DNA of 64,000 nucleotides from the human T2T-CHM13v2.0 reference genome, Homo sapiens, in the NCBI RefSeq assembly GCF_009914755.1, contig NC_060932.1. One strand, given 5' to 3'. The notes below the pieces were generated by a model, which ran no database searches, was not told the origin of the DNA, and was given only the letters and a program-made list of their open reading frames with translations. Shown here piece by piece: positions 41,190 to 54,190 of this stretch. Position numbers and translations under genes: made by a program. Positions within the stretch are counted from its first letter, which is position 1. The number at the start of each line of letters is the position of its first letter.

Positions 41190-42000
41190 AAAACTGATTG
41201 GCATTCTTGCATTTCTTTCCATTTCATGTCCCTCTTACTTTTGAGTCTTTTATATTAATATTTGCATTATTTTTACTTTGTCCAAATAAGGGGCATTTAC
41301 ATTCTGATCTGCAATCATAATTTATTTTATTATTTAGTCTTGGCTTCATATTTTATTGGATTAAATACCTTAAGCCATTTTGCCATAGCTGCTCCATTGT
41401 TGAATTCTTTCTTTGATATAGTTCATGTTTGGCTGAATTTCAGTGCTTTTTCTTTTTTCCTTTTTTCCAGAGTGACTTCTGAGTATCATATTTCTTTTCG
41501 CCTTTGAGAAAGTATTTTTGTGGCTTTTATTCTTGAACCATTACTTTGATGAATGAGATAAACTTATATTACAGTTTTTGTCCCTCAGTACTTTGTAGAC
41601 ATTACTCCATTGAAGGATGCTATGGAAAACAAATGGAATCACCTGAAAATTCTTTCCTTATGAGAAATATTTATTTTTTGCCTAGATGACTGAAGAATTT
41701 TATTTCTTTCTACTTTGAGTTCAATAACTTACCTAGTGTATCCTTCAGTTTTCACAGTTCTGAATCAATTTGTTTTTGTGTATCAAGAGTTTTTTCAAAT
41801 GATTGATCTAGTCTTTTCTTCATTTCTGAGAAATTTTAATCAGTTGACTTTGAACTCCTCTTTCTGATTTCATTTGTTGAATTCCTTATTTCAAGGACTT
41901 GTATATCTTTTATGTTAGATTGTCTTTTTTTCTCCATTGCTAGGATATTATATGTTAAACCAATAGTTCATTTAATTTCTTTAGATTTATTTCTATACTC
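41190..42000 (-). mobile_element. Ancient L1M fragment
   Basis: T-rich reverse L1 ORF1-like motifs ('tccctcagtactttgtagacattactccattg'). Confidence 0.5.
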
Positions 42001-43419
42001 ATTATAATTGCTATGTATGTTTTAAAATTTGATAGATATCATCAGAATACATACTAAAAATACTAGAGCAATTCATACCACTGGTCTTCAAGTTGGGCTT
42101 TGAATCAGATTTAATGAGAGTTCCAGCCCTCTCTTCACCTGCCCAAAATAATTTAATTTCTAGGAGGGACAGGAAAACTCACAGTGAATTAACTAAATAA
42201 AATTTCTCAAATACTTTGATTCATTGCTTAAAATGGGAATGATTTGCTTTTACCACTTTAACTCTTGAAGGAATCTTGTACCCTCAGAGCCAGGGAACTC
42301 CTCTAAGCCTCCTTTATATGATACATACATATGCATGTGTATATTCAGTGCCAGCCATGATGAGACTCACCAATACAGTCGGGTCAATTAAATAAAATCT
42401 AATGAAAATGAAACAGTGTCACAGCCTGAACACACTCATCTCTGAACTTCTGACAGGAATAATAAGGGATACTCCTAACATATGCAAAGGGTCCAGAATC
42501 TTATGGCTGAAAGCACCTGAAAACACATCATCCTGCTCATAATAGATCCTGGGCCATAAATTCCAATCATTATGATTATCTATTAATACCAGAAATTAAA
42601 GCAATAAAGATGTCAGGATCATTATCTTTTCCTGCTTTATTAAAACATTTATCTAAAATTCCAAATAAAGTAGAAAGCTAGGGGAATAAATCTTAGCAGT
42701 TTTTTACTCTAAAGGTAAAAGCATTGCAGAGCAAACTTTTCCAGTTCTTTGAACTATTGTGTTTAGATCTCACATCTGAAAGAGGTAAGAGACCGGGCAG
42801 AGAAGACATCATGGGACAGCTGCTCTGCTTGGCCAGGATTTCTTATTGCCCAAAGTGACAAAGAGTCTTAGGATCAGGCTGTTTCATGCTTGTGTTTAAC
42901 CTTCCAGGGCATTTTTTCCCTCTTTCTTTGAACGTGCTTAGCTATATGATTCATATTATTTCACTGGGGCTGCAAACACAATCTGTTTCCAGTGTTCCTT
43001 AACAGGTCATCTTTTGAAGCTGCCATGATCCATGTCCTGGAAAAAGCACCATTGTCCTCTGCTTCAGCCCTGGTAAAAAGGCTTAGAAGATGGCGAGTGC
43101 CCAGATTCTCTCACAAAGTTAATGTGTTGTGGCTTTTCTGGAGTTTAATTTCTTTTTAAAAGAAGATTTTTATATCTTATATTATTACCATTAACCTAGA
43201 GATAGGTGGACACGGGTAAAATAAATGGAATCAGAATCACAGAAACTCTGATTTTTGCCTATTACCAAAGTCTCCTTATTCAACATTCTGATAGTTTTTG
43301 TCATTTTAAAAAATTTGTTCTACTCAACGTCTTGGCTCCTCTCATTTTGGTATCACTCGAGCAACTGCTACGTGCTGAGCACAGAACCAAGGGCCATGCA
43401 AGATGTGCAGGGTTGTGTA

Positions 43420-43530
43420 GTGCTGAGATTCCAACAGACAATTCTACCACTTACTAGCTGTGGATGCTGCACAAGTCTTTTAACTTCCACGAATCTCAGG
43501 TTTCTCACCTGTGAAAGCGGGACAACAAAA
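43420..43530 (+). mobile_element. MIR SINE
   Basis: 'ctaccacttactagctgtg...tctcaggtttctcacctgtgaaa'. Confidence 0.75.
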
Positions 43531-44239
43531 AAAGAAACAATCAAGATGAAGATGATGATGAAGACTATGATAATAAGGAGGCCCTGCAGTGCATTTGTAC
43601 TACCAGAAAATGACATCCTCTCTTCGGCACAGTCTATATTCATCTCAGATATCTGAAATATTTGGATTTTATTAATGTAAGCCACTGTACAGTCATCAGA
43701 TCAAAATTTGTCACAATAAATACATATGTTTATGATGCCTCCGACAAGAATAGTTTCTTTAGATGGGGTGGCCTTGTAGAATGGAGAGCCTGCACACCTA
43801 AATTCAACAACTCTGAAAGATAAACTAGATGATGTGGGTCAAGTGCCCACCCAATATGCCCAATACGGGTCTTATACTGGGCACTCAAAAAATGTTAACT
43901 ATTATATCATTTTAAAAATTGTAGTTTTTTTTCTGCACCAAGAACATCAGTGAGACTATAAGTGAATTATTTTTGTATTTTAATGTTTTTGTCTTTTAAA
44001 ATATTTGACCTTATAAATCCATTATTTGCTGTAATCTGGTATCAAAACCAATTGGAAAACATTGGAGTGAAACAGAGAATATGATTAGTTAGACACAGCA
44101 GATGCAGCTCATGTCATCCCAATTCTGGCCAGGGGATCTTTTTGGGGTAGTACTACTATGCTTTGGAAGAAACCCTAATTACCAGATGCTAAGGCAGGGT
44201 ATGAAAATCCCAGACTTAGCAGCAGACAGACCTAGGTTT

Positions 44240-44410
44240 TTATTATGACAACCCTATAAAATAGGTATCACCCTCATCATCATTATTTTTGTTGCTATTA
44301 TTTGTTTCATTTTACAGATAAGAAAAATAAGGTTGAATAACTTGATCACAATCATACAACTAAAAAGTAGCAGATCCAGGATTCAAAAATTCAAGCCTTT
44401 TTTTCTATCA
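44240..44410 (-). mobile_element. MIR SINE
   Basis: 'acaaccctat...cattttacagataagaaaa...ccaggattcaaa'. Confidence 0.7.
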
Positions 44411-44419
44411 CAGCAAGCG

Positions 44420-45600
44420 ATAATGAAAAGACATATCTGAAAGATTTGCAGAAGCTACAAACATTTTGATTTGTAGAGTGGTGACAGAGAAGAAACAGAC
44501 ATGATTTTCAAGTTTTAGCTTAGGATGATCATAGGGATAAAACAAAAATTAGGAAATTGTGGTGTGAACAAAGGTAAGGAGGAAAGAGTTTCAAGGAGGC
44601 AGCACTCAGTGGGAAAAATAAGATAGGAGTTGGAAAAAGATGTGACCATGTACAAGAAAAAAGAATTAACCAGTATGAAGGGCTCAACTGATATGAGAAG
44701 TCACAAACTAGAAATGGCATAAACTCACATGATTGTGTGATCTTCTCAAACAGTATTTAGTAGTTAAATGGAGGATTTTAAAAGATTCACAGAGCAAGAA
44801 AGAGCAAGTTGTTGAGATTCAGGATAAATTATTAAGTGCTGGACCATAATGGTATGGCATTAAATGACTCTAAAATAGAAATGATACATTTGATGAGGCG
44901 GCAGAGAAGGGGATGGGGACCCTTACAGCCTGAAAAATCCCCATGAGTTTGGAAAGCATAAGAAGTTGAGTGAGATCAGTGAGTAGAACATAAGAATTTA
45001 AAATTTCAGACATGGAGAAATGCTAGATGATACTAAAAGTTCAGGTACAACTTTAGTGGTCAGTAAATTATGTGAAGTAAAAGTGAAGTTTTATGGAGTT
45101 AACGAAATTGTTAGGTTGCCATTACAGATACTGAAATTTCTCAAAATGGAGACTTGAGCTCAGGAGGACCATGAGTTAGAGGCCAATGTCCACAGAGTCC
45201 ACAATGTCTACAGATGAATGATGGCACCAAGAGGAAGGCTGGCAAAGCTGGAAGGAGTGAGCATCTTGGGAGGAAGATGTTTTGTAAGAGGATGCAAGGA
45301 TAAGAGTTTGAAGCAGCAACAGGACCTTAGAAAATGTGCACGGTGCCTCCAAACTCTGGATCGTGGCACATGGGATAAAGAACGGTCTTATTTAGGCATA
45401 TGGAATGACATCAATTATTTGGGAAGATAAATATGTTTTACTTCATCAGAGAAGGGAGAAAGAATTCTAGAAGAGGCAAAGAATTTAGGAGAATTTATTA
45501 GAGATGAAACATAATATTCAGAGAAGGCAGAAGAGACCACTATTGGGAAGGGCTGGGAAAAAGAGGACAGAGTAGAATGTATGGAAGGAGGATGGGTAAA
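44420..45600 (-). mobile_element. Probable ancient L2 fragment
   Basis: Purine-rich reverse L2-like motifs ('atgattttcaagtttttagct', 'gagagtttcaaggagg'-like). Confidence 0.45.
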
Positions 45601-45889
45601 GGTCTAAGGTGGCTTATCTCTCAGACATTGACTGAGAACTGTGAAGATGAGAAGCCAGGTGAAGTTTTGTTGTCCTAAATTTCCCACCTGTGGTAAAATG
45701 TGTTGGCGGGCTGAAGCTACTAGACAACACTTGAGTTTCTGCAGCATTTCCTCACTGTCTGTTGACACATTATATGTAGATTCCTGGGAATGGCTAATGA
45801 GACAAAATATTTGAAACCAGAACAAAAGTTCATGTGTTCCCAGCCATGCTACATGATGCCCAGCTACTTCGAAAAATAATGCGTAAGAT

Positions 45890-46130
45890 AGAATGGTCAT
45901 AGGCTTTGGAGTCAGACACTTTCAGATTGAGATCTGTCCCTGCCATTCAGTTGTGGTGTGAACAATTGGCTTAACCTGTATGAGCTTCATTTCCTTTATC
46001 TGTAAAATAGGGATGATAAAAAATATATCTCCAAGGGTTATCATGAAGATTATTAAATAAGATACAATATGAGAAGTCACAAATAAGAGTCATGGATCAG
46101 GCCCTCAATATACAACATTTAGTCTTATTA
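45890..46130 (+). mobile_element. MIR SINE
   Basis: 'ggctttggagtcagac...tttcctttatctgtaaaatagggatgataa'. Confidence 0.8.
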
Positions 46131-48014
46131 CTCAAGGCCAAAAGCTCTGGTCTGTTGGTTCAAAGCCTGAATTATTGCTTCTAGAGCAAGCAACAAGGCT
46201 GAACATATCTAGTCTACTTCTTGTCAAATGGCCAATAGCTAGGAATTAAAAGCCCATTTGTATTGATAAGGACTTAAGTGTTACATCTTTTTCTGGGAAG
46301 ACGTCAATTGTTTGGTCAAATTGTCTTCTAAAGCAGAGGGCTCCAGCCTGATAAAAAGTTGAAATGGAAGGTGAAATGAAAATCAGTATCCGGATCAGGA
46401 CCAAGTAACTAATACTGCATGTTTTGCAAAGTTTAAGTGTTTGCATGTTTTGCAAAGTGTAATTGTTAGCAGAAGTGAATCTGTACAGGTCTGTATCAAA
46501 CTCAATTCTTGCCTCCTCAAGATAAATAAATTCAGCTGAGGGGCATAAGGCAGAAGGAAAGACCGAGGGAAATTTCAGAGCAGGAGTGAAATTTTATAAA
46601 AAGCTTTGGAACAGGAACAAATGGAAGTAAAGTACTCTTGGAAGAGGGCGAAGCGGGTGACTTGAGAGATCAAGTGCATTGTTTGACATTTTGACTTGGA
46701 ATTTTATATGTTGGCATACTTCTGGGGTCTTGCGTTACTTCTCCCACCACTCACCCAACTCCTAAGGTGGCTGATCACCAGTTCAGGTGTTTTCTGTCTA
46801 TTAGGATATGGCCTTTCTCTGGCATTGGCTGTGACCAATTGTTACTTTAGAGAGACAGTTAACAACACCCAGACCATCCCCTGGCAGTCATCTGACACTC
46901 CTGATGTGTGTTAGGGGGAGCCCTCTCCTGCCTTGTTTATGCCATGACTAACTATCTACTGTAACATCACCCCCTCAAGAGTCCAAGACCCCAATTTTTG
47001 GGGAAAATGGGTGAAGGTCACTCTTCTGCTTCCTGCTGATAGAAGGGCAGTGGTGGTTGTTCTGTGGGTCTTGGCCTCTTGCTAGTTGTCAGGGTGGGGT
47101 TGGCTCTATGGGTTGGTGAAAGCAGTATCCAGACAGGTCCAAGATAGACAGGGGCAGAATTTTACCTCTGTCATGTCCCACTGATGGGAAGTCTAGGGAT
47201 CTTCTGTAGAAGGGTGACTCTTGAATATTGAGAGGACAGTATCCCTCACTGAGGATCATCTGGAGCTTGATGGCCGATCCCTCTTGTTTCTTCTGAACTG
47301 CAGAGGTCCCTTGTTGGTTTACAGGAATAAGCAGGGTTAGCCTAAACTGCAGCCTGTGAAGGGGGAGCAGATATGAAGGTTATCTACAGACTGTAGAAGT
47401 TTATACCCCCTCAAGAGATTGCTTGGTTGGATTTTTACTAAGGCTATCCAAATAAATGTTGGCTATTTCTAAACCCCTGAGGTAGGACTGACCAAGTTGA
47501 AGTTATTGGTTAAAGATTTAGGTAGCTTTCCCAGGAGAAATAAGGCTATTATAGAGAAAGATGACTTCAGAGGTTGGGTAAACATTAAGCGAGCACCTAT
47601 CTTGGAAAATATATTTGTGTCACAAAGAGGTGTGGGGTATTTAGACATTACCAAGGACTGGTGGGGAAATGGTAATTTGTCCCTTAAGTAATATAAAGGG
47701 GTGTGAATCTTTTTGGTCCCTTAAGTAATATAAAGGGGTGTGAATTTTTTCTTTTGGAGAGAGGGGATGCCATTTGCCCTGATTACCCAATAGGATTTGG
47801 AGGAGAGTTGCTCAGAGAAGGAGACAAGCACAGAGTAGGCAGCTTTTCAACCCAGAAGGGAAATTTATAATTTTACTTGCTGCATCCGGAGTTTCCCTTA
47901 GCTTTGTCTTATTGACGACAGTGTCTGATTTAGAAGTCAGCCAGAGCAGAGAGTCCTTCAGTTCAAGGCTATCAGGGATTGGGATTTTGTCCCTGGGAAA
48001 CTTAGGCCCTCAGG

Positions 48015-48220
48015 GCAGTCCCATTTCAGAAGCCAAGCTTGTGGCAGAGGGGGCAAGCCATTCGGGACTTTTTCCCATTTATCCCATTGGAACAATTTGC
48101 CTTCTGGTGGCCTGGTTTCCCACACCAATGGCAGTTACATGGAGGAGTGTCCTTAGGGCCACCTGGAGGGTGCTGGAGAGTTTCTAAAGCAGCCAATAAT
48201 TGAACCTGCCTCTTATTCAT
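48015..48220 (-). pseudogene. ERV1 gag nucleocapsid remnant
   Basis: CHWCGKPGHQKANC (Cx2Cx4Hx4C) at 48092-48133 and a degenerate second knuckle CPLCHKLG... at 48015-48055. Confidence 0.85.
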
Positions 48221-50092
48221 GCATTTCTCCTTTTTCTTAGTCTTACCCTCCTTATTCTGATCTCAGTTATAAAATACTGAGGAGGCTAATCTGAAGACCT
48301 CCTGTGCAGGGGCACTGGGTTGCAAAGCTGACTTTTGTAATTTTCTTCAAGTTCATTTTTAGGTCAAACAGTATTATAAATGAAAACTAAGTGTTTTTTT
48401 TTTTCTTAAGGTTTGAGGGAATCAAACTTTTCCCAGTTTTGAGGGATGCTTCTGAGGGGCATATCCTATGGTGTGGAGACACGATTATCCATTTACAAAG
48501 AGAGAAGAGAGGAAAAAAGGTAAGAGTGTTCCCTCTATTTTCCTATTACCCTGAGTTGGGGCAACCCCCATCATCCATTGGGTTCTGGGATGAACTTGTC
48601 TTACCATTTACCCTTGGTCCCATCTCATCACAATTACCCACTTGAGAACAGGGGAGATGCTGGAGTGAACAGTGGGCCCCCTGTTCATCCTTGGGGTTCT
48701 GGAATTAACCAATCTTACTGTGTATTCCTAACCTTTCATCTCTGTTCTGATGGTGTGGTCTGTTAGCCTGGGACCACCCTTCATCTCTGTCCTATGGGTC
48801 TCTTGCACCTGCAGCCTTAGGCTCACCTATATCCTTGTTTCCATGACCTTATAGTGACTCTCACTCAGAGCATTCTAGCAACAAAATAATTATCTCTTTT
48901 CTTAGCTTCCTGTTTACCCTGTTCTTTATGAGAAGCCTGTTTTTCAGCTAACGGCCCCAAGGGGGCTAGACTTCCCTCCCTTCAAATATGACCTTGAAGG
49001 TCTTGATGCATGTTGAGAAGGGAAAGAGAGGCTACACGAAGAAGTGGGAGAAGGTGAGAGGAATACTCATGGAAAGCCTTCATATGCTCGCAAAAACAGC
49101 AGCCCTAGGATTCGAGAGGAGACTTATTTGCCCTCTTGACATAAACTACTAACCTCTGGAGGATTTGGGGCTTGGGGTAAGAACTCACAAATGGAAAACA
49201 AATAATTTCCCCTCATCCAAAAGGGGTGCTAACTCAAAAAAGGCAAGTAGGTGGGATCCTTAGAAGGCCAGAGTGAGGTCTTACGCAGCTGGACAAACTG
49301 CTTCAAAAGCCACCAGAAAACTCGGCCCTAGGGCATAACAGGAATGAAAAGCATATGATAAGTCATAAGGATCTGGCAGAGCCGGAGTTTTAATTAATGT
49401 CTGTCCCAGCAATGTGCCAGGAGACAGGGGGAGGGTTGCAGGTCATCCGAGCTGGTAGGGTAAGAACAAGTATAAATCTCGGGGGATATCTGCAAGGGAG
49501 CCTGAGTCTTTGCTGTCACACAATGCAATTAAGAGCTGCAGGCTCATGAATAACAGGGAGTGTGTGTTTTTAAGGCAGAGAAGGAAGTCACGCAGCATGC
49601 CATATGAAACCAAAGAAAAGGCCGACTTGCCCTCTGAGTCAGACAGTCTGGCTGGTGCGCAAGGCTATTTCAGAACACACACACAGAAAACAGAATAGGC
49701 AGTGCAGGTTCTTGGGAAAGAGCCGATTTTAGTTGAAAAATGCAGAGAAAACCCCAGACATTGCACGGTTTTAGGGTTTTAGGCTTTAGCCCTACCACCC
49801 TGGCAAGCCTCCTAAGAGGGCCATTAATGCCTCAGTACCACTCGGTGCAGACCCCACAGTCCTTCCAGACCCCGCGAGCCCATTCAGGGTGAGCTGAAGA
49901 TCCGCCGAAGGAGCAGAGTCACTTATCCCCGAGAAGAATTGTTCTGGGGGCTGGATAGTGAACAGGAGAGTGAAAGGGGAGAAGAAAGCCATGTACAGGG
50001 GTTGAACACCTCCAGCCAAAGAAGGCAAGGCATAGAGGTCTCTTACTACCGAGTCACATGCAGCACCAAAGTATATTACCGGTGGAACATTT

Positions 50093-50115
50093 CCGAGTCA
50101 CAGGGCACCGAAATA
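50093..50115 (-). promoter_or_regulatory. Retroviral primer-binding site, tRNA-His-like
   Basis: Minus strand reads 'cggtgccctgtgactcgg', against the His PBS 'tggtgccgtgactcggat', directly after the 5' LTR. Confidence 0.75.
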
Positions 50116-52466
50116 TGTTAGCGGCAGTGGTTCTGTCCAGGTCTGAAGCAAACTCAATTCTTGCCTCCGCAGAAGAAACGATTCAGCTGAGGGGCATTAA
50201 GATAGAGTGAGACTGAGGCAAGTTTTAGAGCAGTGAAAACTTATTTAAAAGCTTTAGAACAGGAACGAACGAATGTAAAGTACACTTAGAAGAGGGCCAC
50301 GGGGCAATTCGAGAGATCAAATGCGAGCTTTAACCTTTTGACTTGGGGTTTTACACGTTGGCGTACTTCCGGCTTATATTACCTCTCCCTGCTTGCTCAG
50401 CTCCTGCGATCTTATAGGAAAGCTGATGATCACCAGTTTCAGGTGTTTTCTATCTATTAGGGGACTGCCTTTCCCTGGCACCAGCTGTGACCAATTATTA
50501 CTTTTGAAAGACAGTTCACAACAGCCTGAGCATCACCTGATGGTCTCCCAACACTCCTGGTGTGTGTGGTGTGTGTGTCGTGGGGAGCCCTCTCCTGCCC
50601 TGCTCGGTTGCCTGACTAGCTACCTACTGTAATATAATGAATGAATCACTGGTGTCCATAGAGGTTGGTGTCTTTGAAGAGGAAATCAACCAAAAACAGA
50701 GCCTCCAACCTTCTCCTCAAGTTTGTCCCAGGCCTTTCTTGAAAGGAAGGATGATGTCTTCAGGGATCTGGGTGTCTTGCCACCATAAGATACATATAAA
50801 CTTGTCAATTTAGCCTATTTATTTTTATATCAAGAAGCAAACTGTTGAAATACTTTGGTGACCAATCATTATCCAGTATCCTTCTCCCCTGTTGCCAAGA
50901 GTTCTCTCATAAAAGACGAATAAGACTAATATTTCTTGGATGCAAATGGATACAGACCAAGATAAACATGAGTCACACTCAAGCTCATCAGGACAGGAGA
51001 ATACAGCCTGTTTTATTGATCAGGCATAACATTTAAATCCAAAACATATATTGAATTAATATCTCTTAAAAATTTGAGCAACTACACATTTAGGAAAGGT
51101 TCATTGAACAGATGAAGTATTTAATCAAGTCTCTTCCTTTTCTCTCTAACATATGTTCATATCTAAGGAGGGTATGTCAAATTAGCACAGGCAAAAATCC
51201 TGCCAAAACTGAAACAAAAGAAAATAACACAAGATCATTTCAAACTTATAAAATGCTTTGTTTCTTTGCATTTCCAAAAATGAAAGTCTCTTTTTAATTT
51301 GCTGTTTCACTTGGTGCTCAAAACAGAGCTCCCCAAAACAATTTAGAAAATGGATTCTCTTACGGAGTTGAGACCTGCTGCTAATCAGTGCTTTCTCACA
51401 GAATGTGAGAAACATGCATATCATTTTCTTCTCTTTCCTGCCATTTGCTCTCCCCACTTTTGCATTTTGATTGGTCCCGCTGTTACTGTTTTCATTATCC
51501 CGATTTTAAGAATTTCACAGGTCAAAGATATATGGGTGTGCAATACCAGTATACCTTGTTTCAGGATAGATACTGAGTTTTAATAAACTCCACAAGAAAA
51601 ATGCTTTCATTAAATTTTTCAAAACGATTTATGTGAAAATTACTACAACCTTGATGACAATAGGAAGAAATGCTACAACAGCACTACAGTTAACGGTCTT
51701 TCTGGGTCGAGCCTCCCAAAATGAAAATACAGATAATTGATAACATGTTTGGGTGTGGAAAAAAATCAGCATTAAGAGAACATCTGCAGAATGTTATATG
51801 CTAGGGGATACTGTTAATAGACTATTGCAGATTCCCTCCTGGGAAATAAAAAATGAAGTTAAATCTAGTAACTCCACGGAGGTTTCATTTTAGAAATGGT
51901 TTTCTCTATTCCTCTGTGTGTGTGTATGTGTGTGACTGTGTGTGTGCATTTGTGTGTCTCTGGTGTTTATTCTTGTAAATAGCAAGTCAGTCATTTCAGT
52001 GTAGCATAAAAAGCAGCTACAGCAAAGAACAATGCATTTATTCAACTAAAACTGGTATGTTCCAAGCTTCACAACTTTTGAGAATTAGTTCAAATTTAAA
52101 TTAATCTCCCAAATTTTGTTCTTTCTGATGCTCCAAATACTCATGCAAGAAAGCCAAGTCTTTCCCCCAGAATCTCTTCTTCAAATACTTCCTAGTTCTC
52201 TGGAGTGCTCACAAATGCCTGAGGATCCGTTTTGATCATCCTTTCTGCCCACCAGGGACATGTGAATTACCTTTCACATCTCCCTTGATGCCAGTATTGA
52301 GAACCATTGGCCACACCTTAGCCATGCATAAAATTTGCTACTACTTTGGCCACTAGTAATGGTGAAACTTAGCACCACAGAAATATATTAACAGGCAAGG
52401 ATGGAGTTGGAGTGGAGAAGCAGGAAGAAAAAGTCTAAAATAAGGTTTCTTCATCTCTGAAGGGTT

Positions 52467-52977
52467 TGTGGTAAGCAGATGCCTGTGTCCCAAATATGTC
52501 TGTATCCTAACCCTGGAACCCAAGAATAAGTTACTTTATAAGGAAATGCAACTTTGCAGTGTGGTTAAAGTTAAGGACCTTGAAATGAGGAGATTATTCA
52601 GGACCCATCTAATCACACAAACCCTTGGATGTGGACAACGTTTTGCAGCTGAAGTCAGAGTCAAAGGAAGTATAAGAGACATGCAACGTCACTGTCTTTG
52701 AAGACTCGGGGAGGCCATGAACCAAAGTATGAAAGTATCGCAAGAAGCTAGAAAAGATAAAAAAAATAAAAAATAAAAAAATAAAACAGATTCTCCCTAA
52801 GATTCTTCCCTAGTACCTCCAGAAGGGAACGCAGCCCTGCTGACATCTTGAGTGTCGCCCAGTGAGACCTGTGTTTGCCTTCTGACCTACAGAACTGTAA
52901 CATAATAAAATTGTATTGTTTTAGGCCCCTAAAAATTTTGTGATAATTTGTTATGGTAGCAATAGGAAACCAATACA
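52467..52977 (+). mobile_element. MLT1D-like solo LTR with 5-bp TSD
   Basis: TG...CA ends; TSD 'gggtt' at 52462-52466 and 52978-52982; motifs 'cctccagaagggaacgcagccctgctgaca' and 'ttctgacctacagaactgtaa'. Confidence 0.9.
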
Positions 52978-54039
52978 GGGTTGTGACAGTTTAGCAATTT
53001 GGCTCTTTTCTTCTGTCATGATCACAGACATGTGTCTCCCCCAATCTACTACCTACAGCTGGCACCAGGGCCCACACATCAGAGGTCACCCTACCATGGC
53101 CTGGCTCAGAATGGGGAAGGCATTTCTTCCCTTCACAGTCTGCTCAGACAGAGGAGCCACCACCAGCATGTGGCAGCTTTCTAGTCACTTACCCCATTCC
53201 CTGGTGTACAGTCTCACCAACCAGGTGACTGACTGCCTGAAGTAGCAAATTCCTGATTTCAAAATCAACACTGCCTTTTAACCTTCACCTTTAATGTAAA
53301 AGCCAGACTTCAACTCAAATTCTCTCATGTTCAGCTTCTTCTCAGAAGCTATCCTACTCTCTCTGTACTTTTTGTACCTTTGGAAACAACTGGGTGACAA
53401 GGTGACAATTGGTGATACCTTTGACCAATAGAATTTTGTGGGAGTTATACTGTCCCAGTTGCAGGCACAGCCCTTCACTCTTCTGTCTTGTTACATAATG
53501 ATAGATAACCAGGACAGGATCATTCCCCAGGCATCTCCCTTGGTCACTTCTAATCTAATATTTCAGCACCATGTTGATATAGGCATACCAATTGCAGGGG
53601 TTCTCCAAGAGGCAAGCAGTATGTCCAGGATCCACCCGGGGAGTGACACAGCTGCAGCAGGGCACTCAGAGCCACCCAGACACATACGTTGTTTCCTCAC
53701 TTCAGGTTTTCTATCTAAGAGTAATTGGATACCTGCATGTGAATTCCTTTCTCTCTTTTTCATACACACACACACACGTGTTAGCACATCTGCTTCCACT
53801 GATCAAGTACACTGGATAATACCTCTACTTCCCAATTCACATAGCCTTAAGCAAGACATTGATATGAATGTGTATATGGTTATTTATTCATGACAACCTA
53901 TATCTAACTTTGATTTGATACAGCAGATACAATAACACCAAGAACCAAGTGGTAAAGTATGAGTAACAAGGAAGAGTTATAACTTCAAAAAATTCTCTGT
54001 AAAAGAATACTGGCATAGTACACACAGTTCTGTCTTTGC

Positions 54040-54190
54040 CATATCTCCTTACTCTTCATTACAGCCATATGAAATAATTACCATTGTCTCCAATTTTCAG
54101 GAAGGCAACCGATATCCTCAGAAAGCGTAATAACTTGCCTAAAGTCTCACATAACTAATATTCAACCAGATTTTCAACCCAGGTTCACAT
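54040..54190 (-). mobile_element. MIR SINE
   Basis: 'taacttgcctaaagtctcaca...ttcaacccagg'. Confidence 0.65.

Larger units (their letters stand above)
46464..50634 (-). mobile_element. Two-LTR ERV1 provirus (MER66/MER50-like LTRs), internally deleted
   Basis: Homologous LTRs at 46464-46966 (3') and 50116-50634 (5'); TSD 'taat' at 46460-46463 and 50635-50638; PPT next to 46967; tRNA-His-like PBS next to 50115; gag zinc knuckles. Confidence 0.92.

Noticed and set aside
43255-43685. Overlapping 133-aa and 105-aa ORFs and a possible minus-strand acceptor near 43650
   Set aside because: They overlap a MIR and a GAT repeat, and the acceptor lacks a polypyrimidine tract.
53438-53893. 151-aa ORF
   Set aside because: GTG start, runs through a CA repeat, and has no recognisable domain or convincing splice structure.
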